56,939 bases of DNA, from contig CAYYJO010000003.1 in the NCBI GenBank assembly GCA_964472265.1, forward strand, positions 1 to 56,939. Direction: 5' to 3'. Shown here one piece after another: positions 29,283-39,375 of this stretch. Made by a program: the position numbers and the translations under genes. The notes beneath the pieces were generated by a model. It was not told the DNA's origin and searched no databases. It was given only the letters and a program-made list of their open reading frames with translations. Within the stretch, counting starts at the first letter, position 1. Each line of letters begins with the position of its first letter. The DNA comes from an uncultured Caldisericales bacterium (GTDB lineage: Bacteria; Caldisericota; Caldisericia; JAAYUI01).

Positions 29283-32120
29283 TTAAAGCCTACACCTTTC
29301 ATGATTCAGAGTGTTTATCTTGTTTCCACCGCTTGGGTTTGCGCCTGTCTTGAATTTGATCCAGATGTCGCCGTTTTTTGTGTTGTAGGAGTATTTGGCT
29401 CCAAGCATTGCAACCACCGAGATTGGAACGTACAACTCACCAAAATATGTTGGACTGACCAAAGCGTTTGCCTTGTCAATGGCAACAGGCTGGCCATCAA
29501 CAAAGGCTATTGACTGTCCTTCGGTGAGAAGAACTTTTTTATCTCCATAAGCGAGCATGATGTAGGTATTGCCTTCATCTCCGTAGGTTGAGCAGGTTCC
29601 GCCTGACATCCAAAGCAACGTCGCCATGTCTGATGCGCTGATAAATGGTGATTTGAACGCAACTTTTACAGGCTGGCTGATCCAGTCGGACACGTCGAGT
29701 TTGTTGACCGTCACCGCCGAGGACTGGGTTTTAAGGTTGATGGCAATTTCGGGGGAGAGCAGGAAACGGTTGAAGTTGTAGTGGATTGACGACCAATCAT
29801 CCGAGAAAGCCTCGATGTTTATGGTCAGCTGTTGCGGGTCAAGCTCGAACATGCCCTTGAAGGAGGAGTCACTTTCAACGTGGATCGCTTCATCGCCAAC
29901 ACGCACATATTTTGCGCCCGGGGCAATTCCGTTGATTTTGAAGATGTTGCCCGATTGAGGGGCAATACTGTCTATGTCGAGATTTGGCAGGCTTGTGTCT
30001 TTCCAGGCGAAGTCGGCTTTTCCAAAAACACCCTTTGCAAGATAGGAGTCACGTCTGCTGTCTTTGGAAAGCTCGTTGTAAACTACATAATCGCTGCTCA
30101 TACCTTCAAAATCCACCATCAGGCAGCCGTCCAGTGCGTTGGCGCTGTTTCCTGCAAAAACCGTCAGATATTTTGAGGTGTTGTAGCATTTGTTGATGTA
30201 GCAATAAATTATGCCTTCGTCAGGCCTTGAAAACGTCTGGCCACCTACAGAGAACCGTCCGTCGCCGAACTGTACGGGGAAGCAGTTTGAAATATCAGCT
30301 GTCATTGAATTGACCGATGGGTCACCGAACAGGTAGACGTCAGCCTGAGTAAGCATTTCTTCCGATACATCCGTGTCTGGCAGCAGGTCTACGCCGTATG
30401 AGTTTGCTGATTGAAGATAGCGGTAGAAGAGCCTTGCCCAGTATTTAGAAACCATGATCTGAGCCATGTCTCCGCCCTGTGTGCCGTAGACAACAATTGA
30501 GTAGCGGCCACGGTTGATGCAGTCGGAGAGCGGGCCTGTTGGCGGAAGATTTGACCTTGACGGGAACCACACCCTTGGATCGATGACCACGTCGGTTATT
30601 GGCGAAGGAGTTTCCACAGTTTCCGTGTAATCGTTGATTATGATGCGTTTGTAGGCGTCTTCACCGTCTTCCTTGTAGTAGATGTCTGCTTCAATGTCGA
30701 CCCAGGTTGCGCCGCCCCTTGCGCCAAATGAGATGTCGGTTGTGTATGTGCCATCGTCGTTTTGTGTAGCCTTCATTCCAGACACCCAAACGTCAAGATG
30801 TGAAGCTCTTGCAAGCCAGTCCAGGAAAAAGTTCCCTGGGATGTCTTCGCCGAAGTTTTCCACGCAATAATCCCAAAAATCGTAGGCGTCAGCTCGATTG
30901 CCTTTGTAGGCATCGACAAACCCGGAGATAAGGGACGTGAATTTTGAATCACCGAGGAAATATCGGAGCATGTGATAAATCCAGGGGCCCTTGTTGTAGG
31001 CGATGTGGGTTCTGATGTCAGAGTTTGCGTTTGTAAGGTAAAGCAATGGCGTGTCACCATTTCGGTCGATGTAGGAGAAATAGTTGCCGATGTCCTGGGT
31101 CATCATCTCGATCATCTTGTATCGACCTTCAACCGATTCGTTGTATAGGTATGAAATGTAGGAGACAAGGCATTCAGTTGTCAGCACTGCCGAGTTGTCG
31201 TTGCCCATGTAGGTGAGGATAGTTCCCGGTGTCCAGCAGTGGCCGATCTCATGGGCAAGAAGATTTCTCTGCCTTCCTTCAAGGGGTTGATTTAGCGACG
31301 ACGTGTAAATGAGAGTCATTCCGGCAGGCCCCATGCCACCGTTTATGTAATCGCTGACTTCAACAAGCTGATATCTGGTTTGGGGGAACAGCCCAAGATA
31401 TTTTTCGTGGTGTTCGATGATTGCCTGGATTTCTTCAACATATTGCTTGCCAAGCTGTATGTGATTCTGGAAGAAATAGACTTTTATCGGGGTTGCGTTG
31501 TAAAAGCCATCAACGGTTTTGTATGGCCCGGCTCCACAGGTGAGGTACTGGCTCTGATAGTCGAGTTTGTAGGTTGTTGTTCCGCCAGATGACGACATTT
31601 CCTTGCCGATGCAGTATGTTTTCCATTCTGCCGGGGCTTTGATGGACAGGGTCGTGTCCTTTGGCAGCCAGTAGTTTTGCTCGGGAATTTCCGGGAGCCA
31701 GCCGTACACGAAATGTGCCATGTCCTCACCGACATACACAGCGTTCATCTGCCTCGGATCGCCAGGTGCGTAGCCGTCGTACTCGATGTGGAGTTTATGT
31801 GTTTCATCCTCTTTTGCTGGGGTGAAGATGTCGATGGTGCCGTAGCTGAAGTAGGCAGGAACCTGTTTGTCGTCGAGGGTCAGTGCGGTTATTTCGTAGG
31901 AAGGGTCAAGCTCAAGCTCGAACTCCAGCACATTTTCGTAAGGAGTCAGATCGATGTCGGCTTTTACCGAAAACCCATACGATTCAGGTGAAATTTCAAG
32001 GCTGACACTCATTTTTGACATGAGCACCGGCACTCTGTGAAGCGCCTGTGTGTCACGGGTGACCACTACCATTGAACAAATCATTATGAAAACAGTTGTG
32101 AGGACGAATAGTCTGCGCAT
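29283..32120 (-). CDS. Secreted zinc metallopeptidase (HEXXH gluzincin, M1-like) with C-terminal copper-amine-oxidase-N-type stalk domain
   Basis: Start placed at ATG 32120 (MRRLFVLTTVFIMICSMVVV) behind an AGGAGG SD. LLAHEIGHCW zinc motif with a downstream Glu candidate. C-terminal VDGQPVAIDK...GELYVPISVVAMLGAKYSY stalk motif. The M1 GAMEN motif is not clearly present, so the family call is approximate. Confidence 0.7.
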   Translation of the reverse strand: MRRLFVLTTVFIMICSMVVVTRDTQALHRVPVLMSKMSVSLEISPESYGFSVKADIDLTPYENVLEFELELDPSYEITALTLDDKQVPAYFSYGTIDIFTPAKEDETHKLHIEYDGYAPGDPRQMNAVYVGEDMAHFVYGWLPEIPEQNYWLPKDTTLSIKAPAEWKTYCIGKEMSSSGGTTTYKLDYQSQYLTCGAGPYKTVDGFYNATPIKVYFFQNHIQLGKQYVEEIQAIIEHHEKYLGLFPQTRYQLVEVSDYINGGMGPAGMTLIYTSSLNQPLEGRQRNLLAHEIGHCWTPGTILTYMGNDNSAVLTTECLVSYISYLYNESVEGRYKMIEMMTQDIGNYFSYIDRNGDTPLLYLTNANSDIRTHIAYNKGPWIYHMLRYFLGDSKFTSLISGFVDAYKGNRADAYDFWDYCVENFGEDIPGNFFLDWLARASHLDVWVSGMKATQNDDGTYTTDISFGARGGATWVDIEADIYYKEDGEDAYKRIIINDYTETVETPSPITDVVIDPRVWFPSRSNLPPTGPLSDCINRGRYSIVVYGTQGGDMAQIMVSKYWARLFYRYLQSANSYGVDLLPDTDVSEEMLTQADVYLFGDPSVNSMTADISNCFPVQFGDGRFSVGGQTFSRPDEGIIYCYINKCYNTSKYLTVFAGNSANALDGCLMVDFEGMSSDYVVYNELSKDSRRDSYLAKGVFGKADFAWKDTSLPNLDIDSIAPQSGNIFKINGIAPGAKYVRVGDEAIHVESDSSFKGMFELDPQQLTINIEAFSDDWSSIHYNFNRFLLSPEIAINLKTQSSAVTVNKLDVSDWISQPVKVAFKSPFISASDMATLLWMSGGTCSTYGDEGNTYIMLAYGDKKVLLTEGQSIAFVDGQPVAIDKANALVSPTYFGELYVPISVVAMLGAKYSYNTKNGDIWIKFKTGANPSGGNKINTLNHERCRL

Positions 32121-32136
32121 GAGACCTCCTGAAATC

Positions 32137-32165
32137 ATTATGCCAAATTTTCCCAAAAATGGCAA
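32137..32165 (-). promoter_or_regulatory. Sigma70-type promoter for the metallopeptidase gene
   Basis: On the minus strand: TTGCCA (32165-32160), 17-nt spacer, TGg-CATAAT (-10 at 32142-32137). The AGGAGG SD follows about 6 nt downstream. Confidence 0.45.
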
Positions 32166-32289
32166 ATTTTGACTTTCCGAAATCCAGATCTTATTGATTG
32201 TTATTGCCAAGCGGAACCTACAGTTTAGAGATTGCCTGACATGTTTTTAAAGATAAAATGACATATAAAAGTTAAATGTTTCATAAGGA

Positions 32290-32317
32290 TTGCATTTTAT
32301 AACCTGACGCGTAGAAT
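32290..32317 (+). promoter_or_regulatory. Sigma70-type promoter for subtilase paralog 1
   Basis: TTGCAT (32290-32295), 16-nt spacer, TAGAAT (32312-32317). Predicts a ~26-nt leader containing GGAGG before ATG 32350. Confidence 0.45.
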
Positions 32318-32349
32318 TGAAGTGGAGAATTGTTATTATGGAGGTTTGT

Positions 32350-35300
32350 ATGAAGAAAGCTTTGGCTTTTGCGGTTGTAGCTATGCTCGTTCTCTCGGTT
32401 TTTATCCCAATGAAGAAAACACACGCTCTGGACAAGATCGATATCTCCATTATGAAGATGGATCTGACAAGAAATGAGATGATTCCAGTCGTAGTTGAGC
32501 TTGAGGGAAGTACGGTTGTTGACGTTCTCACTTTTGAAGGGAAGAAACCATTTTCCAACTTCGAAATCATGCGCACCGACAACAGGATGGCCTCGTTTGT
32601 TTATAACAAACTCAAAGCAACACAAGAATTTGCCATATCTGCAACAAAAACAATTTCCTCCAATATCGTAATCGGCTCGTCGTTCCAGTATGTACTCAAT
32701 GGGTTTTATGCTGAAATGCCAGCAAACAAAGTGGTTGAGCTTGCCGACATGCCATTCATAAAGAGCATCAATTATGTTCAACCGCAGCATCTGGATCGCA
32801 CAAGGTCAAGAGTATTCCTGGGTGCTGAAAAAACCTGGAACACAGTTGTCGATCCCCAGGGAAGGGCTGTCAATGGAAACGGCATTCTTTGCGCTGTGAC
32901 AGATTCAGGACTTGACTATACCCATGTGGATTTCGGTAATCAGTCGAGACCGACCGGGATGAAGATTCCAATCAGCCGTGACCTTGCCTACAACGACCCT
33001 GACTGCATGGAAGAGGATGAAAGCTATCACGGCACTGCTTGTGCAGGCATTGTAGCCGGTGAGGGTCCGACAAATCCAAAGACAAAAGTAAAAGAGTTGG
33101 GTATAGCGCCAAAGGCGAAGATTGCGGCATTTAAGATCGGAATGAAGCAACAGCAAGGTCTTTCAGGCGAAGGCACTATTGCTGCCTTCGAATATCTCAT
33201 TAAAGATAAGATCCAGGTTTCAAACAACTCTTATGGTGCTCCGGGTGGAAGGTCTTTCCTTGAGGCAGCCGAGAACAGGGCGGTGCTTGCTGGCGTTTGC
33301 GTCGTCGCCTCACAGGGGAACAACGGATCACCGAGCCAGTATATTCCAATTGTTAGTGGTTCCATGGCCTCTCCGGTTAATGTCATCGGCGTAGGTGCAC
33401 TCGATGATACCGACAGCGCAAGAATAAACATTCTCAACTCGCGGGACGAAAACATAAACAGCAAAAACAACATGGCCTATCTGGGTATGAATGGAAAGTA
33501 TCTCCCAAGCTCGTCCAAGCAGAATTTTGTTGTTATGGACTGCGGATGGGGCAGAACCGATGACTTCAAAGGAATTGATGTCAAAGGGAAAATTGCATTG
33601 ATTCAGAGAGGTCCAAGCCCAGCCCTTGCCAATGATTTTGGCCCTTCAATATCGTTCAAGGAAAAGTGCATCAATGCTGCAGATGCAGGTGCAAGAGCAA
33701 TGATTCTATACAACTACACATCAGGCCCGGTCAGAGCGATGTATTATGACCAGTCACAAGGAGAGACTCCCGATAAATTCAATTTTATCCCCAGTTTTGA
33801 GCTGTTTGATTCTAACGTAGGAATGACCCTTAGAGATGCTTTGCACAAAGACAAATCTTATTCATTGGGGAAGCCTACGAATGATCAAAATAGCATCAAC
33901 ATCTCGATTGAAATAACCATGACTGGGAATATTGCATCATTCACTTCTTCCGGCCCATCTTTCAGGGGTTACTTGAAACCAGATGTGTCTGCGCCGGGTG
34001 AAGGTATTCACACATGCTTTGCCTCGACCACCAAGGAAACAAAAGGCATAAACAATGCTTATACGGAGCAATTTGGTGGAACGTCAGCTGCAGGGCCTTT
34101 TGTTGCAGGTTGCGCAGCGCTGGTCAGGCAGGCAAGACCAAACTGGGACGCTTTTGAAGTGAAAAGATCACTGATGAATACCGCGGAACCGCTGAAACGC
34201 TTTTCAAACGATTACTATATCCCGATGACAAGCCAGGGAATGGGTAGAGTCAACGCCAACCTTGCAGCAACGACCCCAATTCTGTTTGCGCCGGCGTCAG
34301 CTCTCATCATTGCAGATGGTGGCAGAATCAACATTACAGACCCACCGGCAGAGTTGTCTGATAGTCAGTCAGCAGCGACATTGCCAAGTGATGTTGTGGC
34401 TTCAAAGATTCCCGTAAAGATTACCAATTACTCGGAAAAACCTGTGAAATTAAGCCTGAGTGTAGAAATAAACTCAGCCAGGCCTGAGCAATTCAATGTT
34501 AATCTCACAAACACAGAGATTATTATCCCGGGAACGAACAAAATGGGTGTGTTGGGATCAGCATGGTTTGGCTTATCAATCGATCTTCCCCCAGGAAAAG
34601 TCAAGGGCTATCTCAATGACATCTACATCTGGGCAACTGAAAAGGTAACCAACCGAAAATGGCACATTGGCGTTTGCGTTTATAACAATGACCCGATGAT
34701 TCAGGGGGCAAACTCAACCTACGTGAGCAACTTTGAGTTTGAAAACACAACCTTCACCCCAAACGATGATGGGGATTCTGACACCATCAACGTCAAATAT
34801 GAGGTGGTCGGTGGATCAGTTGAATACGCTTCATATTTTGGAAACTTCCTCTACAACCTTAAATTCTACGTAATTGACCAGAACTCGGAGAAGTGGGTTC
34901 TAATCAAATCTGAGCCATATCTTGAACTTGGCCCACAAAGTTTAACCTGGGACGGAAAGGATGCAAACGGCAACTTTGTCTTGCCAGATGGAGACTGGAA
35001 GCTGTCCATGACTTGCCAGGCTACATTGATAGATACGAGTAGAATGGTCTACGTAAACGTTGAAGACTGGCCAGGAGCCATGTTTGATCTGGACAACACA
35101 ACGTTCACGATAGATAAAAGCCCTGTTCCGCCACTGCCAACCCTTTACGCATTTGTCAAACCCACTGAACCTGGTGTCGGTCAAATGTTCGAAGTTGGCG
35201 TCTATATCAAAAATGCCACAAACATAAAGAGTATGCAGTTCAAGGTGATAATGCCCGGCGCCAGCGATGTTGTTCAGTATATGGGTTATTCAAAGGGCGA

Positions 35301-35748
35301 TTTCATGACCAAGAATGAGCCGATGGCACTTTACTCGTGCGAATATGACAGGGACAAAGACCAGCTCACAATTGACATTCAAAGGGCGGTGGATGGTGTA
35401 TCCGGTGAGGGCTGGGTCCTTGACCTGAAGTTTATGGCCAAGGAAATGAACTTCTTTGATGTCCAGTTCTCGGATGTAAACATGTCCATGCTGGGCGATA
35501 CGATGAAAGAGGTTAAAACAAAAGCATTCTTCAAGAACGCGGAGATTTCGGTGTTCAAGGAAGCCTTTGACCCGACAGATTTCAACCACGACACAAAGAT
35601 AAATGACGAAGATCTGAAGATTCTCTTGGATTGTATGGACTCCAAGGATGGCGACGGTCGATACAACTGGCGTTGTGATTTGAATTACGACCTGGTCATA
35701 AATATTGAAGATTACGCGATATTCTCAAAATCCTACAGTAAACGCTAG
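32350..35748 (+). CDS. Subtilase paralog 1: S8 protease with PA insert, FlgD-Ig-like module, cohesin-like module and C-terminal dockerin
   Basis: Signal peptide MKKALAFAVVAMLVLSVFIP. Motifs VTDSGLDYTHVDFG (Asp), HGTACAGIVAG (His), SNNSYG (Asn), GGTSAAGPFVAGCAAL (Ser). PA-like GKIALIQRGP...GARAMILYNY. WDGKDANGNFVLPDGDW. Cohesin-like nt ~35119-35568. Dockerin DFNHDTKINDED...CDLNYDLVINIED nt ~35569-35745. Confidence 0.85.
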   Translation: MKKALAFAVVAMLVLSVFIPMKKTHALDKIDISIMKMDLTRNEMIPVVVELEGSTVVDVLTFEGKKPFSNFEIMRTDNRMASFVYNKLKATQEFAISATKTISSNIVIGSSFQYVLNGFYAEMPANKVVELADMPFIKSINYVQPQHLDRTRSRVFLGAEKTWNTVVDPQGRAVNGNGILCAVTDSGLDYTHVDFGNQSRPTGMKIPISRDLAYNDPDCMEEDESYHGTACAGIVAGEGPTNPKTKVKELGIAPKAKIAAFKIGMKQQQGLSGEGTIAAFEYLIKDKIQVSNNSYGAPGGRSFLEAAENRAVLAGVCVVASQGNNGSPSQYIPIVSGSMASPVNVIGVGALDDTDSARINILNSRDENINSKNNMAYLGMNGKYLPSSSKQNFVVMDCGWGRTDDFKGIDVKGKIALIQRGPSPALANDFGPSISFKEKCINAADAGARAMILYNYTSGPVRAMYYDQSQGETPDKFNFIPSFELFDSNVGMTLRDALHKDKSYSLGKPTNDQNSINISIEITMTGNIASFTSSGPSFRGYLKPDVSAPGEGIHTCFASTTKETKGINNAYTEQFGGTSAAGPFVAGCAALVRQARPNWDAFEVKRSLMNTAEPLKRFSNDYYIPMTSQGMGRVNANLAATTPILFAPASALIIADGGRINITDPPAELSDSQSAATLPSDVVASKIPVKITNYSEKPVKLSLSVEINSARPEQFNVNLTNTEIIIPGTNKMGVLGSAWFGLSIDLPPGKVKGYLNDIYIWATEKVTNRKWHIGVCVYNNDPMIQGANSTYVSNFEFENTTFTPNDDGDSDTINVKYEVVGGSVEYASYFGNFLYNLKFYVIDQNSEKWVLIKSEPYLELGPQSLTWDGKDANGNFVLPDGDWKLSMTCQATLIDTSRMVYVNVEDWPGAMFDLDNTTFTIDKSPVPPLPTLYAFVKPTEPGVGQMFEVGVYIKNATNIKSMQFKVIMPGASDVVQYMGYSKGDFMTKNEPMALYSCEYDRDKDQLTIDIQRAVDGVSGEGWVLDLKFMAKEMNFFDVQFSDVNMSMLGDTMKEVKTKAFFKNAEISVFKEAFDPTDFNHDTKINDEDLKILLDCMDSKDGDGRYNWRCDLNYDLVINIEDYAIFSKSYSKR

Positions 35749-35768
35749 CTCGAACTGAACCACCGTTT

Positions 35769-35806
35769 TTATGCCGGCTATGCCAATAGTCGGCATAATT
35801 TCGGTT
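35769..35806 (+). terminator. Rho-independent terminator after paralog 1
   Basis: 13-bp stem (ttatgccggctat / atagtcggcataa, one G-U pair) with loop gcca, followed by tttcggtt. Confidence 0.65.
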
Positions 35807-35814
35807 GCGATTTA

Positions 35815-35842
35815 TTGTTTTTAACAGACAGGTTGCTACAAT
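35815..35842 (+). promoter_or_regulatory. Sigma70-type promoter with extended -10 for subtilase paralog 2
   Basis: TTGTTT (35815-35820), 16-nt spacer, TGc-TACAAT (35834-35842). Predicts a ~25-nt leader with GGAGG before GTG 35875. Confidence 0.45.
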
Positions 35843-35874
35843 CGATAGCAAATTTTTCTTTCCCCGGAGGAAGT

Positions 35875-38800
35875 GTGAAAAATATTGTAGCAACAGTATG
35901 TGCCATAACCATGATTATGGCCTTCACCACGCCCATCAAGTCGGCAAGCGCGATTGACAAGATCGATTCAAAGCTTGTTGCAATGGGGCTTGCCAAAACA
36001 GACAAGGTTGATGTCATCGTTGAGCTTGACGACCTAACGGTTGTCAGCGCATCAACATTCGACAAAAACATAGTTTATTCATCAAAAGAACTCATGAGAC
36101 CAGAGAATGTCGTGACCAAGTATCTGGAAAAGAAACTCGTCAGGGTTCAGAACTCCAACATCGACATTGTGAAAACCTTCTCTCCTGAGATCAAAATTGG
36201 TATGCAGTACCAATATGCTCTGAACGGCTATTTTGCAACCGTTCCATTGGATGCTGTTGAAAAAATCGCATCTCTCCCGGGCGTAAGGTATGTTTATTAC
36301 AGTGAACCGATGAATTTCTACAGAACAAGGGCAAGAGTTGCTCTTGGTTGTGAGAAAATCTGGTCAACACTCAAAGACAAGAATGGTAGACCGGTTGATG
36401 GCAATGGAATGCTCGTCGGTGTTACAGACTCAGGACTTGATTACACACACGTTGACTTTGGCGCACAGACATCACCGGTTGGTCCAAAAGTCAAAATCAG
36501 CCGTGACCTTGCCTACAAGGACAACGACTGCCAGGAAGAAGAAAACATACAGACTGTCGGACATGGAACGGCATGCGCAGGCATCATTGCAGCCGATGGC
36601 CCATTCAACAAAACGACCAACGTTTGGGAGAAGGGTCTTGCTCCAAAGGCATCGCTGGCTTCATACAAGCTTGGAATGAAAGACCAGATGGGTCTCAGTG
36701 GCGAAGGCATCATGGCTTCGTGGGAATTGAACATCAAAGATAAAGTTGATGTCTCCAACAACTCATACGGTGGCGTCGGTGGAAGATCGTTCACAGATAG
36801 AGCTCAGGAAAACTGCATCAGAGCAGGCTGTGTTGTTCTCGCGGCTCAGGGCAACGAAGGCTCACCTGGCGTGCTTCTGCCAATCCCATGCGGAACAACA
36901 TCGGCACCAATCAATGTTATCGCCGTTGCAGCACTCGACGACACAGATGCAGCAAAAATCGAAGTTGTTGATGCTGCCGATGAGAGCTTTAGAGACAACA
37001 TCTACGTTTCATCAGTTGGAAATACAGGCATGCAGTTCACGGCGCTCCTCAAGCAGTTTGATCTTGTTGATTGTGCATGGGGAAGAACAGTCGATTTCGA
37101 AGGCCTTGACCTTAACGGGAAAGTTGCTCTTGTCCAGCGTGGGCCAAGCGCTGATCTGAAAGCACAGTTTGGCGATCCGATCACGTTCAAGGAAAAATGT
37201 GAAAATGCAGCAAAAGCCGGTGCGAAGGCAATGCTTCTGTACAACTACGAGAGCAGTGAAATCAGAGCCCAGTATTGGGATCCTGCAAACGATGACCCAA
37301 AGAAGCTCAAGCTTGTACCGACATTTGAACTCTCAAACTATATCCAGGGATATGCCATCAGGGATGCACTTCATGCTGGGCATGACTGGGATTTTGGTTC
37401 TGTAGATAAAAATCAGAATAAATTTACCATCCAGGTGAAAGAGATCGGACGCAAGGGTATCGTCTCAACCTACTCATCATCAGGCCCGAACTACTTTGGC
37501 TACCTCAAGCCAGACGTTGCAGCGCCAGCGGATGGAACTCACACAACAGCTGCCTATTTCATGAAAAAATACTTCAAGAGTGATTACTGGGAAGTTTTCA
37601 ATGGTACATCGGCAGCAACGCCAATGGTTTCTGGTTGTGCAACCCTCATCAAGCAGGGCAGACCGGAATGGTCGCCGTATGAAATCAAGAGAGCCCTCAT
37701 GAACACCGCAGAACCGCTCAAGAGACTCTCAGGAGACTACTATGTCCCGATGACAGTCCAGGGAATGGGCAGAGTCAACGCTCAGTCAGCCATCCTCTCA
37801 AACCTGCTTTTCCAGCCTGCATCAACGCTCATCCTTGCAAAGTCTGGCAAAACAAATATGACAGACCCGGCACCGGAACTTTATGATGACAACGCAAAGG
37901 CATCAATACCGGCAGATGTACTTGGATCACGAATCCCTGTCAAGATTGTTAATTATTCAAACAAACCATCAAAGATCGGTCTAAGCTTCGAAATCAACTC
38001 GGCAAGACCTGAACAGATCGGTGTAAACCTTACAACAACAGAGCTTACAATTCCGCCCGCAGACGCAAAAGGTAATCCTGGCTCAGCATGGTTCGGTGTT
38101 GATGTTAAGCTCCCAGAAGTTGTCAAAGGCAGACTTAATGACATCTACATTTGGGCAACCGACAAATCACAGAACAAGAAATGGCACATCGGAGTCTGTG
38201 TTTACAATCAGGATCCGACCGTGCAGGGCGACAACAACTCTTTCGTTGACGAACTCGAAGTAAAAACACCATACATCTCACCAAACGGTGACGGTGAAGA
38301 CGAAGTGCTCGAAGTCAATGGCGAAGTATCCTGTGGAAATTTCAATGTCCAGTCCTTTGACAACTATCTCACGGGTGCCCAGATCTGGGTTTCAGACCAG
38401 AACCAGGAGAGATGGATAAAGATCAAGGATGAGCCACTCCTCGAACTTGGACCATTCTCGTTCAAGTGGGATGGCAAGGATGAAAACGGCAACTATGTCC
38501 TGCCGGATGGAAACTGGTCTTTGCAAGTGATTTTGCCATGCTATTTCTATAATGGCCAAAGTGTTGTCGGGCAATGGATATATGCAGATTTGGCAAATTC
38601 TGACTTCACAATCGAGAAGAGCCCTGTGCCACCTCTACCAACGTTGTCAGCGCAGGTTCTGCCTCTTGAGCCAGGTGTGGGTCAGATGTTTGAAGTCGGC
38701 TTGTACCTTAGTCATGCAACCGATGTGAAGAGCATCCAGTTTAAAATCAACATTCCTGGTGGCTCAAGCATTGTCCAGTACATGGGATATGACAAAGGCG

Positions 38801-39249
38801 ATTTCCTGATCCAGGATGAACCGCTTGCCCTGTTTACAACCGACTATGACAAGGACAAAGAGACATTTGACGTCAGCATCCAGAGACCGCTTGATGGCGT
38901 AACCGGTGATGGTTACATCCTCAAACTCAAGTTCATGGCAAAGGATTCAAACTACTTCGACATAAGATTCTCAGACCTCATTCTTTCGATGATCGGTGAG
39001 AACGGAAAAGAAACAAAAACAAAAGCCTTCTACAAGAATGGCGAAATATCAATCCTTGAGAAAGCATATGACCCGGCCGATTTCAACAGGGATGGGAAGG
39101 TTGATGACAAGGACGCCAAGATTCTACAGGATTGTATGGACGCCAAAGACGGCGATACAAACTACAACTGGAGATGCGACCTCAACTACGACAGAGTCAT
39201 TGACGTCAATGACTACACAATCTTTGCCAAGTCTTACAGCAAGAGATAA
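35875..39249 (+). CDS. Subtilase paralog 2: S8 protease with PA insert, FlgD-Ig-like module, cohesin-like module and C-terminal dockerin
   Basis: GTG 35875 lies 4 nt after GGAGG and gives signal peptide VKNIVATVCAITMIMAFTTPIKSASA. The ORF-track start at 35815 lies within the predicted promoter. Motifs VTDSGLDYTHVDFG, GHGTACAGIIAA, SNNSYG, NGTSAATPMVSGCATL. Cohesin-like nt ~38620-39069. Dockerin DFNRDGKVDDKD...CDLNYDRVIDVND nt ~39070-39246. Confidence 0.85.
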   Translation: MKNIVATVCAITMIMAFTTPIKSASAIDKIDSKLVAMGLAKTDKVDVIVELDDLTVVSASTFDKNIVYSSKELMRPENVVTKYLEKKLVRVQNSNIDIVKTFSPEIKIGMQYQYALNGYFATVPLDAVEKIASLPGVRYVYYSEPMNFYRTRARVALGCEKIWSTLKDKNGRPVDGNGMLVGVTDSGLDYTHVDFGAQTSPVGPKVKISRDLAYKDNDCQEEENIQTVGHGTACAGIIAADGPFNKTTNVWEKGLAPKASLASYKLGMKDQMGLSGEGIMASWELNIKDKVDVSNNSYGGVGGRSFTDRAQENCIRAGCVVLAAQGNEGSPGVLLPIPCGTTSAPINVIAVAALDDTDAAKIEVVDAADESFRDNIYVSSVGNTGMQFTALLKQFDLVDCAWGRTVDFEGLDLNGKVALVQRGPSADLKAQFGDPITFKEKCENAAKAGAKAMLLYNYESSEIRAQYWDPANDDPKKLKLVPTFELSNYIQGYAIRDALHAGHDWDFGSVDKNQNKFTIQVKEIGRKGIVSTYSSSGPNYFGYLKPDVAAPADGTHTTAAYFMKKYFKSDYWEVFNGTSAATPMVSGCATLIKQGRPEWSPYEIKRALMNTAEPLKRLSGDYYVPMTVQGMGRVNAQSAILSNLLFQPASTLILAKSGKTNMTDPAPELYDDNAKASIPADVLGSRIPVKIVNYSNKPSKIGLSFEINSARPEQIGVNLTTTELTIPPADAKGNPGSAWFGVDVKLPEVVKGRLNDIYIWATDKSQNKKWHIGVCVYNQDPTVQGDNNSFVDELEVKTPYISPNGDGEDEVLEVNGEVSCGNFNVQSFDNYLTGAQIWVSDQNQERWIKIKDEPLLELGPFSFKWDGKDENGNYVLPDGNWSLQVILPCYFYNGQSVVGQWIYADLANSDFTIEKSPVPPLPTLSAQVLPLEPGVGQMFEVGLYLSHATDVKSIQFKINIPGGSSIVQYMGYDKGDFLIQDEPLALFTTDYDKDKETFDVSIQRPLDGVTGDGYILKLKFMAKDSNYFDIRFSDLILSMIGENGKETKTKAFYKNGEISILEKAYDPADFNRDGKVDDKDAKILQDCMDAKDGDTNYNWRCDLNYDRVIDVNDYTIFAKSYSKR

Positions 39250-39273
39250 ACGCATTTAATATCACAACTCAAC

Positions 39274-39310
39274 GATGCCAGGCTGAAACCAGCCTGTCAT
39301 CTGCATTTTA
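39274..39310 (+). terminator. Probable terminator after paralog 2
   Basis: Stem gatgccaggctg / cagcctgtcatc (11 bp, one mismatch) with loop aaac, followed by a weak T tract tgcatttta. Confidence 0.5.
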
Positions 39311-39317
39311 TGGGGTG

Positions 39318-39346
39318 TTGCCCAAAACTCGAAAATCTGCTAAACT
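39318..39346 (+). promoter_or_regulatory. Sigma70-type promoter with extended -10 for subtilase paralog 3
   Basis: TTGCCC (39318-39323), 17-nt spacer, TGc-TAAACT (39338-39346). Predicts a ~23-nt leader with GGAGGG before ATG 39376. Confidence 0.4.
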
Positions 39347-39375
39347 TTCAACAGAGCAAACTATTGGAGGGCAGC